Notes: a model not told the origin generated them from the letters alone. DNA of 60,387 nucleotides from an uncultured bacterium (GCA_903930455.1 CAIYYT010000070.1:1-60387), one strand, 5' to 3'. Shown: positions 17,709-28,071, counted from the first letter of the stretch. Made by a program: numbers and translations.

Positions 17709-18554
17709 ATGAAAGACATACAGAGCATGCCCGACTATCGCAATATCAAGATTGATAAGGTCGGCATCAAAAATCTCAAACTGCCTGTGGTAGTGCAGGA
17801 TCAGAAGAATGAAACGCAGACGACGGTTGCGGATGTCAATTTCTATGTCGACTTGCCGCATCAATTCAAAGGCACTCACATGAGCCGGTTCGTGGAAATC
17901 CTAAATGATTACCGCGACAAAGCCATTGACATCTGTCGCATCGAAGAAATCCTGCAGACAGCGCGCAAGAAACTCAAAGCCGAGAAGGCGCATCTGGAAC
18001 TGACATTCCCGTACTTTATCGAAAAGAAAGCGCCGGTATCGGGCGCCTTGGGATTGATTGATTACAACTGCACGATTTCGGCGGCACTCAACGGCAATGA
18101 CAAAGTCGACTTGCTGCTGACCGTGCGGGTTCCGGTGACCTCTGTTTGTCCTTGTTCGAAGGACATCTCCAAGTATGGCGCGCACAATCAGCGTTCGCTC
18201 GTGACTCTCTCCGTGCGCTACAATGAATTCATCTGGTTGGAAGAACTGATCCGCGTGGTCGAAGAAGAGGGCTCGTGCGAGGTCTTTTCGTTGCTCAAGC
18301 GCGAGGACGAAAAATACGTCACTGAAACCGCGTATGAAAATCCGGTATTTGTCGAAGATATTGTCCGTGGTGTAACCGAGAAACTCTCTCGCGATCATCG
18401 CATTGACTGGTTTACCATCGAGTCGGAGAATCTGGAATCGATTCACAACCACAACGCTTATGCCTTGATCGAACGCAACCTTAAGGCAGACCGCGTCACG
18501 CCGGACAGCAAGAAGACATCACGCGTAGAAAAGGCGTCCCCAAGCAAACCATGA
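17709..18554 (+). CDS. folE2: GTP cyclohydrolase IB
   Basis: KGTHMSRF, TSVCPCSK, GAHNQRS, LKREDEK, NPVFVED and ESIHNHNAYA motifs. Confidence 0.95.
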   Translation: MKDIQSMPDYRNIKIDKVGIKNLKLPVVVQDQKNETQTTVADVNFYVDLPHQFKGTHMSRFVEILNDYRDKAIDICRIEEILQTARKKLKAEKAHLELTFPYFIEKKAPVSGALGLIDYNCTISAALNGNDKVDLLLTVRVPVTSVCPCSKDISKYGAHNQRSLVTLSVRYNEFIWLEELIRVVEEEGSCEVFSLLKREDEKYVTETAYENPVFVEDIVRGVTEKLSRDHRIDWFTIESENLESIHNHNAYALIERNLKADRVTPDSKKTSRVEKASPSKP

Positions 18555-19273
18555 ACCGAGTTGCACTGATTACGGGAAGCTCCCATGGATTGGGGCTGTC
18601 CACAGCCATCGAGCTGCAAACTCGTGGCTTTGATCTGCTGCTTGTCGCCAGAGAGCCGCAACTATCGGATAGCGTTTATCAGCGGTTGACCAACAATACT
18701 CGCGTAGAATATCTCTCCGGCGATATCACATTATCAGCCACGGCTGGGCAACTTGCGGCAGCCTGCCGCCAGAAATTTGGGCACCTGGATTTGCTGGTAA
18801 ACAATGCCGGGATCTTTCTGATGGGGTCTATCGAAGAGTTTGATGAGCAAGCGTGGGACAAGATTCTCGCTGTCAATCTCAAGGGGGCGTTTTTGGTGAC
18901 CAAAGCGCTGGTTGGCTTGCTCAAAGAATCCAAGGGTCAGATCGTTTTCATCAACTCGGTTGGTGGCCAGGTCGGACTCAAGAACCTGTCTGCCTACGCA
19001 GCATCGAAATTTGGCCTGCGCGGATTCGCCGACTCGCTACGATTAGAACTGAAACCATTCGGTATCAGGGTTACTTCGATCTATCCTCACGCCATGAATT
19101 CCGCCGGCGATTTGATCGCGCCTGACGATCCCAAACGTTGGACACAAATCGAAACCGGTGATGTCGCCCGTTTGATCGGTGAAGTTGCTGATACCGCCGA
19201 ACACGTCCAGATTCCCGAAATTACGATCTACCCCCGATCGACCGAGATTTCGAAGCGAGAAAGCTCAACTTAA
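18551..19273 (+). CDS. Short-chain dehydrogenase/reductase (candidate pterin/sepiapterin reductase)
   Basis: TGSSHGLG, VNNAG and YAASK motifs; ATGA overlap with folE2. Confidence 0.88.
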   Translation: MNRVALITGSSHGLGLSTAIELQTRGFDLLLVAREPQLSDSVYQRLTNNTRVEYLSGDITLSATAGQLAAACRQKFGHLDLLVNNAGIFLMGSIEEFDEQAWDKILAVNLKGAFLVTKALVGLLKESKGQIVFINSVGGQVGLKNLSAYAASKFGLRGFADSLRLELKPFGIRVTSIYPHAMNSAGDLIAPDDPKRWTQIETGDVARLIGEVADTAEHVQIPEITIYPRSTEISKRESST

Positions 19274-21345
19274 TCTCCATTCGAATGGCGCAGCAGGCGC
19301 AGGCTGTTGAATATTACGATCAGCGAGGCTCCCATGTCCGCTGCAACCGCCATCCAGATTGTGGAATATCCCGCCAGAGCCAAACCGAGAAAGATCACTT
19401 TGATCGCGAAAGCGAAGATGATATTTGTCTTGATGAGCGCGACTGTCCGTTTGCCGAGTCGGAACAAATGCGGGAGATTGCTGATGCTGTTGCCGAACAG
19501 AACCACATCGGCGTGCTGCGCCGGGATATCGTTGCCAAGCCGGCCTATCGCAATCGAAACATCAGAACCCGACAACGCCACCGCGTCGTTGATCCCGTCA
19601 CCCACCATGGCGACATTGTCCCCAAGATCACGCAGTCGGTCGTATTTTTCTTCCGGCATCAGTTGACCCACTCCGAAGTCAAGTTGCAGCTTGGCACGCA
19701 GCGTCTCAATGATCTCTCGGCGATCCCCCGACAAAAGACCGACCGACTCAAATCCCTGTTCGCGCAGTTTCGAGATCGTAATTGTCGTTTCTGGTCGCAA
19801 CTCGTCTTCGAATCCAAAACGCGCCAGCATTCGACCATTGCAAACCAGGTATGAGCTTTCCTTTTGCGGCTGAGTTCCGCGATCGTCGCTGTTCAAAAAC
19901 TCGATTCCCCCAAAACGGTATAGCCGCCCATCAATATGCCCTTCGACACCAAAGCCGGCGACCGATCTGAGATCGTCAATTGACAGCAATTGCAATCCCT
20001 TCAATGAAGCCGCATTCCTGATCGCCTTGGCCACCGAATGGTTGGATATCCGCTCCAGCGATGCTGCCATTTGAAGCGCCTCATCCTGATTGAGGCCGTC
20101 TAAACATTCAATCTGACCAAGCTGTAATGCACCGGTAGTCAAGGTGCCGGTTTTGTCAAAGGCGATTTTTCTTGCCTGTGCCAGCCGTTCAATCGCGTCG
20201 CCCCCTTTGATTATCGCCTTCATTCTTGAGCCGGCTGCTAACGCGGCTGTGACTGCTACCGGCGTAGAGATCACCAGTGCGCAGGGGCACGATATCACCA
20301 AGAACACCAGTGCTCGATAGAACCACACATCAAAAGCCCCGTCAAACAGTAACGGCGGGAGCACGGCCACGGCCACAGCCAAGGCCACCACGATGGGAGT
20401 ATAGATGTGCGCGAAGCGGTCAACAAACCGCTCAAGTTTGGCTTTGCGTTCGGCAACCTCGCCGACCATGCGCAGGATCTTGCCGATGCGAGAGTCTTTG
20501 AGAGGCGCCGTTACCTGAATTTCAATGTAGCCCTCGAGATTGACCGATCCGGCATAGACGTCGTCCCCTTCGGCCACCTGCTGTGGTTGTGCCTCGCCTG
20601 TCAGGGAGGATAGGTCAAGCGCCGAGTTTCCGGAATCGACCCGACCGTCCGCCGAAATCTTCATTCCTTCTCTTACTACTACGATATCTCTCGTCTGCAG
20701 CGACTCCGGTGTTACCGCCAGAACGGAGTTGCCTTGTTTGAGTAACGCCTGACCGCTTGTGAAATCATGAAGGTCGGTGAGACTGCGAGAGAATTTCCAG
20801 AGAGAGAATGATTCCAATAGATTCGCCGCGCCGAAGAGCAACACGACCACAACTGCTTCATCGAGTTTGCCGATCGCCACCGCACCAATCACTGCCAACG
20901 ACATCAGAGTGTTCATGTCGATGCGCTTGTGACGGAGACCGATTGTAGCCTTCTTGACAATCTCCCAACCGCCGACGGCAATGGCAGCATAGATCAGAAT
21001 GCGACCAGTCACCGTGAGATGCGCCAGGTGTTCTACTGCCAGTCCGAGCAGAGTTAGACCCAGTGCGATTGAGATTAATGTCAGCAGTGTTCTCGAAAAG
21101 GGAAGACTTCTCCGTGCGGAAGAACTCTCATCGGCAAATTTGAAATGCCCGAGTCCTTCAATGCGATTCCTTAGATCGTCACTCTGAATCGTGTCTTGAT
21201 CGAAAGAATAATAGATGCGGCTATTCAAGAAGTCGATGCGAGCGCCTGAAACGCCTTCAATCCGCCGGATCTCATCCTCCGCCGTTCGGGCGCAGTTGGG
21301 GCAGTCAATCTGCGTTGTGGCGGCTTCAATCCGCAACGTCGCCAC
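19270..21345 (-). CDS. Heavy-metal P1B-type ATPase (ZntA/CadA-like)
   Basis: N-terminal DCPNC metal-binding domain, LTGE, SCPCAL, DKTGT and GDGIND motifs. Confidence 0.93.
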   Translation of the reverse strand: MATLRIEAATTQIDCPNCARTAEDEIRRIEGVSGARIDFLNSRIYYSFDQDTIQSDDLRNRIEGLGHFKFADESSSARRSLPFSRTLLTLISIALGLTLLGLAVEHLAHLTVTGRILIYAAIAVGGWEIVKKATIGLRHKRIDMNTLMSLAVIGAVAIGKLDEAVVVVLLFGAANLLESFSLWKFSRSLTDLHDFTSGQALLKQGNSVLAVTPESLQTRDIVVVREGMKISADGRVDSGNSALDLSSLTGEAQPQQVAEGDDVYAGSVNLEGYIEIQVTAPLKDSRIGKILRMVGEVAERKAKLERFVDRFAHIYTPIVVALAVAVAVLPPLLFDGAFDVWFYRALVFLVISCPCALVISTPVAVTAALAAGSRMKAIIKGGDAIERLAQARKIAFDKTGTLTTGALQLGQIECLDGLNQDEALQMAASLERISNHSVAKAIRNAASLKGLQLLSIDDLRSVAGFGVEGHIDGRLYRFGGIEFLNSDDRGTQPQKESSYLVCNGRMLARFGFEDELRPETTITISKLREQGFESVGLLSGDRREIIETLRAKLQLDFGVGQLMPEEKYDRLRDLGDNVAMVGDGINDAVALSGSDVSIAIGRLGNDIPAQHADVVLFGNSISNLPHLFRLGKRTVALIKTNIIFAFAIKVIFLGLALAGYSTIWMAVAADMGASLIVIFNSLRLLRHSNGD

Positions 21346-21348
21346 TGC

Positions 21349-21717
21349 TTACTCACCCTTTTCCTTGGCATGGTCAAGACCCTGCTTGATAAGGGATGTG
21401 ATATGGTTATCGTCGAGCGTGTAGAATGCCATTTTGCCTTCGCGCCGGTATTTCACGATCCGCAGAGACCGCAGGAGTCGCAATTGGTGCGATACTGCCG
21501 ATTCGGAGATGTTCAGCATGCCGGCAAGATCACAGACGCACAACTCACTCTCAGACAAGAACATGCATATCTTGAGACGGGTCGGATCGGCAAGGACTCC
21601 GAATATCTCCGCCAATCCAGACACTATCTTATTGTCATGCTGTGACTTAAGAAGAGCAGTGACCAATTCATGGTTCACATATTTGATCTGGCAAGTATCG
21701 TCTTCATTTTGATTCAT
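21349..21717 (-). CDS. ArsR/SmtB (CadC-like) metalloregulator
   Basis: LADPTRLKI, ELCVCDL, SAVSHQLRLLR and DDNHI...DH motifs. ATG at 21717. Confidence 0.93.
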   Translation of the reverse strand: MNQNEDDTCQIKYVNHELVTALLKSQHDNKIVSGLAEIFGVLADPTRLKICMFLSESELCVCDLAGMLNISESAVSHQLRLLRSLRIVKYRREGKMAFYTLDDNHITSLIKQGLDHAKEKGE

Positions 21718-21726
21718 ACAAACACC

Positions 21727-21769
21727 TGAGCAATCGTTCAACTATAATACGTAGTCGGCATTGTGTCAA
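21727..21769 (-). promoter_or_regulatory. Sigma70 promoter with adjacent ArsR/SmtB operator
   Basis: Minus strand TTGACA (21769-21764), 17 bp, TATAGT (21746-21741), immediately followed by the imperfect palindrome TGAACG-AT-TGCTCA (21727-21740). Confidence 0.8.
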
Positions 21770-21927
21770 CAGGAATTTAGTCATATCTCGACTCAGAAAA
21801 GTGCCCAGAAGTGGCTTCCGGCTTACGCATTGACAAATCCAGAAAATGGCATAGATTGGTCAAGGTCTCGCCTGCAAATGGCCTTGTCGTTGAACCATAT
21901 AGGGATCTCGGACGTATAAGGAATACT

Positions 21928-22602
21928 ATGAACTCCCGTGGCGTCGTGCTTGCCTCTCTGACGTTCTTGATTGCGATCGCTGTGTCGGCTTATGGGGCTG
22001 ACATTGCCGACAACGTCGCCATTGCGAGGCTCAAATACCCGGGTGGTGGCGACTGGTACTGGGGATCGTCAGCATTGCCCAACCTGACCACGTTTATTCG
22101 GCAGAACACCAATCTCCCGATTGCCAAGGAAGAAGTCAGGGTCGATCTTTCCGACCCGCAGCTGTTCAACTATCCCTTTCTTTATATGACCGGACACGGC
22201 AACGTCAATTTTCGCGCCGAGGATATCGAAGTCCTACAGAAATATCTCACCGCCGGAGGGTTCTTACTCGCCAATGATTCCTATGGCTTGAAGAAGGCAT
22301 TTGTCCGCGAGATGAAGAAGCTGTTTCCCGATCAGGAACCGAGGGAGATTCCGTTTAATCATGGGATTTTCGATTGCTACTACAAGTTTCCCAATGGCTT
22401 GCCGAAAATTCATAAGCACGACGGCAAACCGCCACAGTTGTTCGGCTGGTTCGTCGGCGACCGGTTGGCGGTGGTGCTGACCTTTGAATCTGACATCGGC
22501 GATGGTTGGGAAGACCAGCAGGTACACAACGACCCTCTGGAGAAGCGGGCTGAGGCGCTACAGATGGGAACCAACGTACTGGTCTGGGCATTGATGCATT
22601 AG
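21928..22602 (+). CDS. DUF4159 family secreted protein
   Basis: ARLKYPGGGDWY, YPFLYMTGHG, GLPKIHKHDG and DIGDGWED motifs. ATG at 21928 follows AAGGA. Confidence 0.88.
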   Translation: MNSRGVVLASLTFLIAIAVSAYGADIADNVAIARLKYPGGGDWYWGSSALPNLTTFIRQNTNLPIAKEEVRVDLSDPQLFNYPFLYMTGHGNVNFRAEDIEVLQKYLTAGGFLLANDSYGLKKAFVREMKKLFPDQEPREIPFNHGIFDCYYKFPNGLPKIHKHDGKPPQLFGWFVGDRLAVVLTFESDIGDGWEDQQVHNDPLEKRAEALQMGTNVLVWALMH

Positions 22603-22604
22603 GA

Positions 22605-25600
22605 ATGAACATGAATCCAAAACTGTCTCTACAATATCTGACCGGCCGGCTTAACCATCTGCGGAATTTCATTCTTCTGACCCATTTTGGATCTGGTGTC
22701 GCGTTGATTCTGTCGGCGCTGGCGGTCTTTCTTTTCGTTGGCTTTCTCTTCAATGCCGCCTTCTTCCTGACGGTCGCTTTCAGAATCATCTTTGTTTCTC
22801 TGGCGGCGATTGCGGTGGTGGCGTTGTTTGTCCATACCATTTTCTGGAAGATTCTTACTCGACCAAATACGGAGTCGGTCGCGTTGCAGGTGGAAAAAAG
22901 CTACCCCGAACTACAAAACCGGTTAATCGCCTCGTTACAACTCGAACGCAACTTGCAGGAAAATCGCGAGGGGTTCTCGACCGATATGATACAGGCGATC
23001 ATCGGCCAGTCCGAGCAAATGTGCCGCGGTATTGATTTCCACAAGTCGGTCGACAGGAAACCGCTGCGACGCGGTCTACGCTATTTCGGTTCCTCGGCGT
23101 TAGCGATCCTGCTTCTTGCCGTGCTATTTCCCGGTGCTTTCAATGAGTCGGTCTATCTCTTCAGTCATCCGACCGTGGAAGTTCCGCGCAATCTGAGCTA
23201 TTCGCTTGAGGTTCTCCCCGGCAGCATCGAGATCGCGAAATTCTCGACGATCAAAATTCAGGCATCATTGCGCGGAAAATCGCTTCCAGAAGGGGCTACC
23301 TTGTATTGGCAGTATGAAGATGGTCCGGTCAAGACCGAGGAACTCGCCAAGGAGGCATCTGCCGCAGGTATTGGCGCGCATTTCAATCTGAGCGACACCG
23401 CCAAGTTCGCGTACGACTTCCGTGAAGTCAAAAAATCATTCGACTACTGGGTATCTGCCGGCGAAGTTAAGTCACCTGTCTACACGATTACCGCCGTCGA
23501 CAAACCGCGCGTAATCGACATCAAGCTGACCTATACCTATCCGTCATACACCGGTCTGCAGCCGCTCGTCGTGGACGAAAACGACGGCAATATTTCGGCG
23601 ATCAAGGGAACTCGCGTCAAGATTGAGGCCTCGGTCAACAAGACGGTGGTCGTTGCGTCATTGCAGTTTGGCAGCGGTCAATCGGAGAAACTTGATGTCT
23701 CCAAGCAGAAGCTAAGCGGCGGTCTGACGGTGACTGATAACGGCACCTACCACATCACCGTCAAGGACGAACTCGGCAACGAGAATCCCGATCCCATTGA
23801 GTATCGCATTGAATCGATAGCCGATCTTTCTCCCGAAGTGGATCTCTTTTCTCCCGGCGTTCCCGTCGAACTGGGCGACGACATGGCGCTCAAACTCGGA
23901 TTCAAGCTGTTCGATGATTTTGGTTTTTCCTCGGTCAATTTGATCTACCGCATCTTCACGGTACCGGGGGAGACCTTTGAAAAAAAGACGGCGCTTGTTT
24001 TCGACAAGAAGGCCGGTCGCAATTTCGAAATGGCCTATCCCTGGGACATGGGCGACATCGGGCTGGAGCCCGGTGGTTGGGTCGAGTACTACATCGAGGC
24101 CTTTGACAACGACAATATCTCCGGACCCAAGCGGGGCGTGTCGCAGACGCTGACCGCGCGATTGCCTTCTCTGCAAGAGCAGTTTGCATATCTGGATGCC
24201 GAGAGCGATTCGCAGATCACCGATCTGGAGAAACTGAAGACGGCGCAAGAGGAACTGCAGCAGAAAACCGAGAAGCTTCAGGAAGAGTTGATGAACAACA
24301 AGGAGCTCAACTGGGAGAAGAAGCAGGAGATTCAGAAGTCGGTTCAGTCGCAGCAAAACGTTCTCGATGCCATGAAGAAGGTTGGTGAGCGGTTGCAGGA
24401 TATGCAGGACAAGATGGAGAAGAACGACATGACGTCACTCGAGGTCCTGCAGAAGCTACAAGAGATCCGCAAGCTCTTCGATCAGGTTGCTACTCCGGAA
24501 ATGAAAGAGGCCATGCGCAAACTGCAAGAGCAGATGGATAAGATGACGCCGGAAGAGATGCAAAAAGCGGCTGAGGACATGAAACTCTCACAGGAGGAGT
24601 TGAAACAGCGTCTCGATCGCACGATCGCGCTTCTCAAGATGTTACAATTGCAGCAGAAGATGGAAAACATGATGCGGCAGTTGGGGGATCTGATCAAGCA
24701 GCAGGAAGGCGTCAATAAGCAAACGGGTTCCTCCGAGTCCAGCCAGTTACCGCAACTGGCGCCCAAGGAAGAGCAGAACCAGAAAGACTTCGAAAACCTA
24801 CAGCAGCAAGCCAAGGAGCTTGAGGAAATGCTGCAGGAGCAGAAGCTCGATCAGAATGAAGCAGCTCAGAAGTTCACGCAGTCACCGAAAAACTCCAAAG
24901 CCGGCGAGAAGATGCAGGCCATGACTCAAGGTTTGCAGACAAAGGACAAACAGAGTTCAGAGCAAAAGGGCGAATCGGCTCTCGACGACCTCAAGCAGCT
25001 ACAGAAAGAAATGGAGGACTCTAAGAATTCCTTCAACTCCGGCATGGGCGAGCAGTCGGCGGAAAAGATGAAGGGGGCGGCGAACGATGTGCTCTACGTC
25101 TCGGACCAACAGGAGAAAGTGTTTGATCGAGCCGAAAACTCGGATCCGACCTCCCCGCAACTGCAGCAACTGGCTGCCGAGCAGCAGGCGTTGCAGAAGA
25201 CGCTGCAATCACTGGATACGAAACTGAAGGATATCTCGAAAGAATCCCCCTTCTATTCGCAACAGATTGACAAGCTGATGAAGCAGGCGCGCGAGGCCAT
25301 GGATCAGTCGACGCAAGGACTGATGGAACGCAATGGTTCGAATGCCATGCGTTGCCAGAAAGATGCCATGTTCTCACTCAATCAAGCCGCCAACCAACTA
25401 ATGCAATCGATGCAAAGCCAGAAACAGTGTTCCAACGGCAGTTGCTCAAGCCAGAATATGTTTAAGAAGATGAACAAGCTGTGCAACAGTCAGAAGCAAG
25501 TCAATCAGCAATCATCCTCGATGTGCCAGAACCCGAAGCCGGGACGTGTCGACAAAGATGGCATGGGGCGTCTCGCCGCTGAGCAGGAAGCTGTCCGCCA

Positions 25601-25991
25601 GGGTATCGGCGATTTACAGCGCGAACAGGGAACTCGTAAAGAAATCCTCGGTCGGCTGGACGAACTTGGCAAAGAGATCAAGAAGGTCTCGGAAGATATT
25701 GAAGGTGGCACTCTTAACGAAAACACGCTTCGCCGCCAGCAGCAGATCTACTCGCGCATGCTGGATTTTCAGCATTCCCTACAGCGGCAGGATTTCTCCG
25801 AGGACCGCAAGGCTGAGACCGCGCAGGACATTCTCCGGCAGTCACCGCCGTCGCTACAGTTCAACGCGCAGAGCAAGGATAGCTATCAGGACCGCCTGCA
25901 AAAATACCTTAACGAGGGCTACCCGCCGGAATATGAGGAACTGATCAAAGAATACTTCAAAGCGATCAATAACGGTCAACCGGAGAAATGA
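22605..25991 (+). CDS. DUF4175-like membrane protein with Ig-like domains and a long Q/E/K coiled coil
   Basis: Three N-terminal TM segments, YPSYTG, DDFG, AFDNDNISGPK, a long heptad region, and C-terminal YPPEYEELIKEYFK. Confidence 0.8.
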   Translation: MNMNPKLSLQYLTGRLNHLRNFILLTHFGSGVALILSALAVFLFVGFLFNAAFFLTVAFRIIFVSLAAIAVVALFVHTIFWKILTRPNTESVALQVEKSYPELQNRLIASLQLERNLQENREGFSTDMIQAIIGQSEQMCRGIDFHKSVDRKPLRRGLRYFGSSALAILLLAVLFPGAFNESVYLFSHPTVEVPRNLSYSLEVLPGSIEIAKFSTIKIQASLRGKSLPEGATLYWQYEDGPVKTEELAKEASAAGIGAHFNLSDTAKFAYDFREVKKSFDYWVSAGEVKSPVYTITAVDKPRVIDIKLTYTYPSYTGLQPLVVDENDGNISAIKGTRVKIEASVNKTVVVASLQFGSGQSEKLDVSKQKLSGGLTVTDNGTYHITVKDELGNENPDPIEYRIESIADLSPEVDLFSPGVPVELGDDMALKLGFKLFDDFGFSSVNLIYRIFTVPGETFEKKTALVFDKKAGRNFEMAYPWDMGDIGLEPGGWVEYYIEAFDNDNISGPKRGVSQTLTARLPSLQEQFAYLDAESDSQITDLEKLKTAQEELQQKTEKLQEELMNNKELNWEKKQEIQKSVQSQQNVLDAMKKVGERLQDMQDKMEKNDMTSLEVLQKLQEIRKLFDQVATPEMKEAMRKLQEQMDKMTPEEMQKAAEDMKLSQEELKQRLDRTIALLKMLQLQQKMENMMRQLGDLIKQQEGVNKQTGSSESSQLPQLAPKEEQNQKDFENLQQQAKELEEMLQEQKLDQNEAAQKFTQSPKNSKAGEKMQAMTQGLQTKDKQSSEQKGESALDDLKQLQKEMEDSKNSFNSGMGEQSAEKMKGAANDVLYVSDQQEKVFDRAENSDPTSPQLQQLAAEQQALQKTLQSLDTKLKDISKESPFYSQQIDKLMKQAREAMDQSTQGLMERNGSNAMRCQKDAMFSLNQAANQLMQSMQSQKQCSNGSCSSQNMFKKMNKLCNSQKQVNQQSSSMCQNPKPGRVDKDGMGRLAAEQEAVRQGIGDLQREQGTRKEILGRLDELGKEIKKVSEDIEGGTLNENTLRRQQQIYSRMLDFQHSLQRQDFSEDRKAETAQDILRQSPPSLQFNAQSKDSYQDRLQKYLNEGYPPEYEELIKEYFKAINNGQPEK

Positions 25992-27829
25992 CAATCGTCA
26001 GAAATCTGAGTTTCATAGTGGCGGCCGCATTTCTGCTTGCCGCGTGGCGGCCGTCTGTCGCGCAAACGCCACAGGATTTGCAGCGTCTCAAAGTCATGGA
26101 GACGATGATTTACACCGGCAATTGTGCTGAGGTTGTCGATCAGTTGCGCGATCAGGCGCAGAAGTATCCTCGAAGCATTCAGGTGTATGTTTTGCTCAAG
26201 AATGCTCTCATTTGCAACAAGGAACTTGACTCGGCGCTTTTGGTGCTTGATTACCTGACCAAGATCTCGCCTGAGCCAATGCTGCGCTTTACATATTATC
26301 TTGATATCGCCGGTGTCTACCTCAAGAAGGGCGAGACCGAAAAGGCCGGGCAGCAACTGCAAACGGCGTTGGCCCTCGCGCCCAACAATCCACAGACCTA
26401 TGAACAGGCATCGAATATTTACACTGGAAATGGCTACTACGCTGACGCCGTGAAGATGCTTCAGGATGGTCGCAAGAAATTCGGTAGCCCTGTGCTCTTC
26501 GCCAAACAGCTTGGGCAGCTCTACGAAATTCTGCGCAACTACGGTGATGCTGCGCGGGAATATTTCGAGTTGCTGGCGCACGACACTACCAGTGAAGTGT
26601 TCGTCGCCGGGAAAATGAGTGAACTGATCAGACTTGATTCTGACGAAGGTTTCGAAACCGGCTTGAAAGACGCGCTGACGGAAATTGCCAAGCAGAATCC
26701 GAAGAACAGTGATGCACACCGATTTTTCGGCGACCTCTTGATGTCGCAGGGCAAGTTGGATGAGGCATTCCAGCGGTTCCGACTGGTCGATTCGCTGAAC
26801 AATGGGGAGGGCAAGAGCATTCTCTATTTTGCCGCCGTGGCTCGCGACAATGGCAATCATGGGGTTGTCGAGAAGGCCTGCGATTACTTGATTACGCGTT
26901 ATCCGCAGTCACCATTTCGGATTGCTTCCCGCTTTGTTCTGGGCGCTTCCTATTATGATGAAAAACGCTATAACGATGCGCTCGCGGTTTACGACCAGAT
27001 TGCCAGACAATCACAGTCTGAGCGCGACGTCACTCAGGCGATATTTGCTTCGGGCCGCACCAAGTTGGACGGTCTGCATGATGCCGCCGGCGCACTGACT
27101 CTGTTTGATCGCCTGATGAAAGACTACCCGCAAGCGGCAGTTTCGGTGACGGCTAGAATTACCGCCGCCGATTGTCATCTGGCGCTCGGTCAAGCCACTG
27201 TTGCGGACTCGCTGTATGCAGCCGTGTTGCCACAGCAGCTTCAGCACGCAAATCAGGAGGAGTTGCTGTTTAAGCAAGCGGAATTGCAGTTCTATCTGGG
27301 TAACTTCCAGCAAGCAAGGGATGCCTATGGCAGAATGATGAATGCTTTTCCCAAAAGCGTTTATGTTAACGACTGTCTGCGGCGGATAATGCTGATCAGT
27401 GAATATCCCGGTATGGACGAAGCCACCCTGCACATTTATGCCGAGGCCGCATACGCCAAATATCGATTTGACTACGATTCGTCGCAGGTGCTATTGGACA
27501 GACTTAAGGAGCGTGAGAGCGGATCATTAACTGAGATCGCCTGGTATGATGCCGGCATTATTGATTGGGAATTGGGAAAGACGGCGGAGTCGTTGGGTCA
27601 ATTTGACTCGTTGATCGTCCGTTTTCCAGAGAGTTTCTATGCGCCGCTGGCGCTTGAATGCAAGGGTGACATCTTCGCTGATGTCAACCGCGATTGTTCG
27701 CAGGCCAAAGCCACCTACGAATCGGTTTTGATGAAATACCCCACGAGCTTGAATCTCGAGAATGTGCGGAAAAAACTACAGCGCGTAGAACGCGTTCTCT
27801 GCACACCCCCCGAAAAACCGAAGTCTTAG
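25988..27829 (+). CDS. Secreted tetratricopeptide-repeat protein
   Basis: Signal peptide; repeated helical units ending YPQS/FPKS/FPES/YPTS; ATGA overlap with the upstream gene. Confidence 0.85.
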   Translation: MTIVRNLSFIVAAAFLLAAWRPSVAQTPQDLQRLKVMETMIYTGNCAEVVDQLRDQAQKYPRSIQVYVLLKNALICNKELDSALLVLDYLTKISPEPMLRFTYYLDIAGVYLKKGETEKAGQQLQTALALAPNNPQTYEQASNIYTGNGYYADAVKMLQDGRKKFGSPVLFAKQLGQLYEILRNYGDAAREYFELLAHDTTSEVFVAGKMSELIRLDSDEGFETGLKDALTEIAKQNPKNSDAHRFFGDLLMSQGKLDEAFQRFRLVDSLNNGEGKSILYFAAVARDNGNHGVVEKACDYLITRYPQSPFRIASRFVLGASYYDEKRYNDALAVYDQIARQSQSERDVTQAIFASGRTKLDGLHDAAGALTLFDRLMKDYPQAAVSVTARITAADCHLALGQATVADSLYAAVLPQQLQHANQEELLFKQAELQFYLGNFQQARDAYGRMMNAFPKSVYVNDCLRRIMLISEYPGMDEATLHIYAEAAYAKYRFDYDSSQVLLDRLKERESGSLTEIAWYDAGIIDWELGKTAESLGQFDSLIVRFPESFYAPLALECKGDIFADVNRDCSQAKATYESVLMKYPTSLNLENVRKKLQRVERVLCTPPEKPKS

Positions 27830-28071
27830 ACTCCTGTTTTGGCAAGTCCGCGCGTAAACTCTTTCAAGTCCTTTTCCAGTTTCTCAATACGGGCGATGTA
27901 TCCTTCGGTGATGCGAAGACGCATCTTGGTAGTTGTCCGCACCAGCAGCCCGAGTGATACAAGCATAAAGAGTACGGAATTGACTTGCCGAAATATATTC
28001 CCGTAGTTGTACAACGTGTCGAGAAATGCGGCAATGCCTAGCCCGAAAAGTATGGTGCACCATGTCAGCAT
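27826..28071 (-). CDS. Small membrane protein (2 TM plus short coiled coil)
   Basis: ATG at 28071 follows GAGG; MLTWCTILFGLGIAAFLD...SVLFMLVSLGLLV. Confidence 0.65.
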   Translation of the reverse strand: MLTWCTILFGLGIAAFLDTLYNYGNIFRQVNSVLFMLVSLGLLVRTTTKMRLRITEGYIARIEKLEKDLKEFTRGLAKTGV

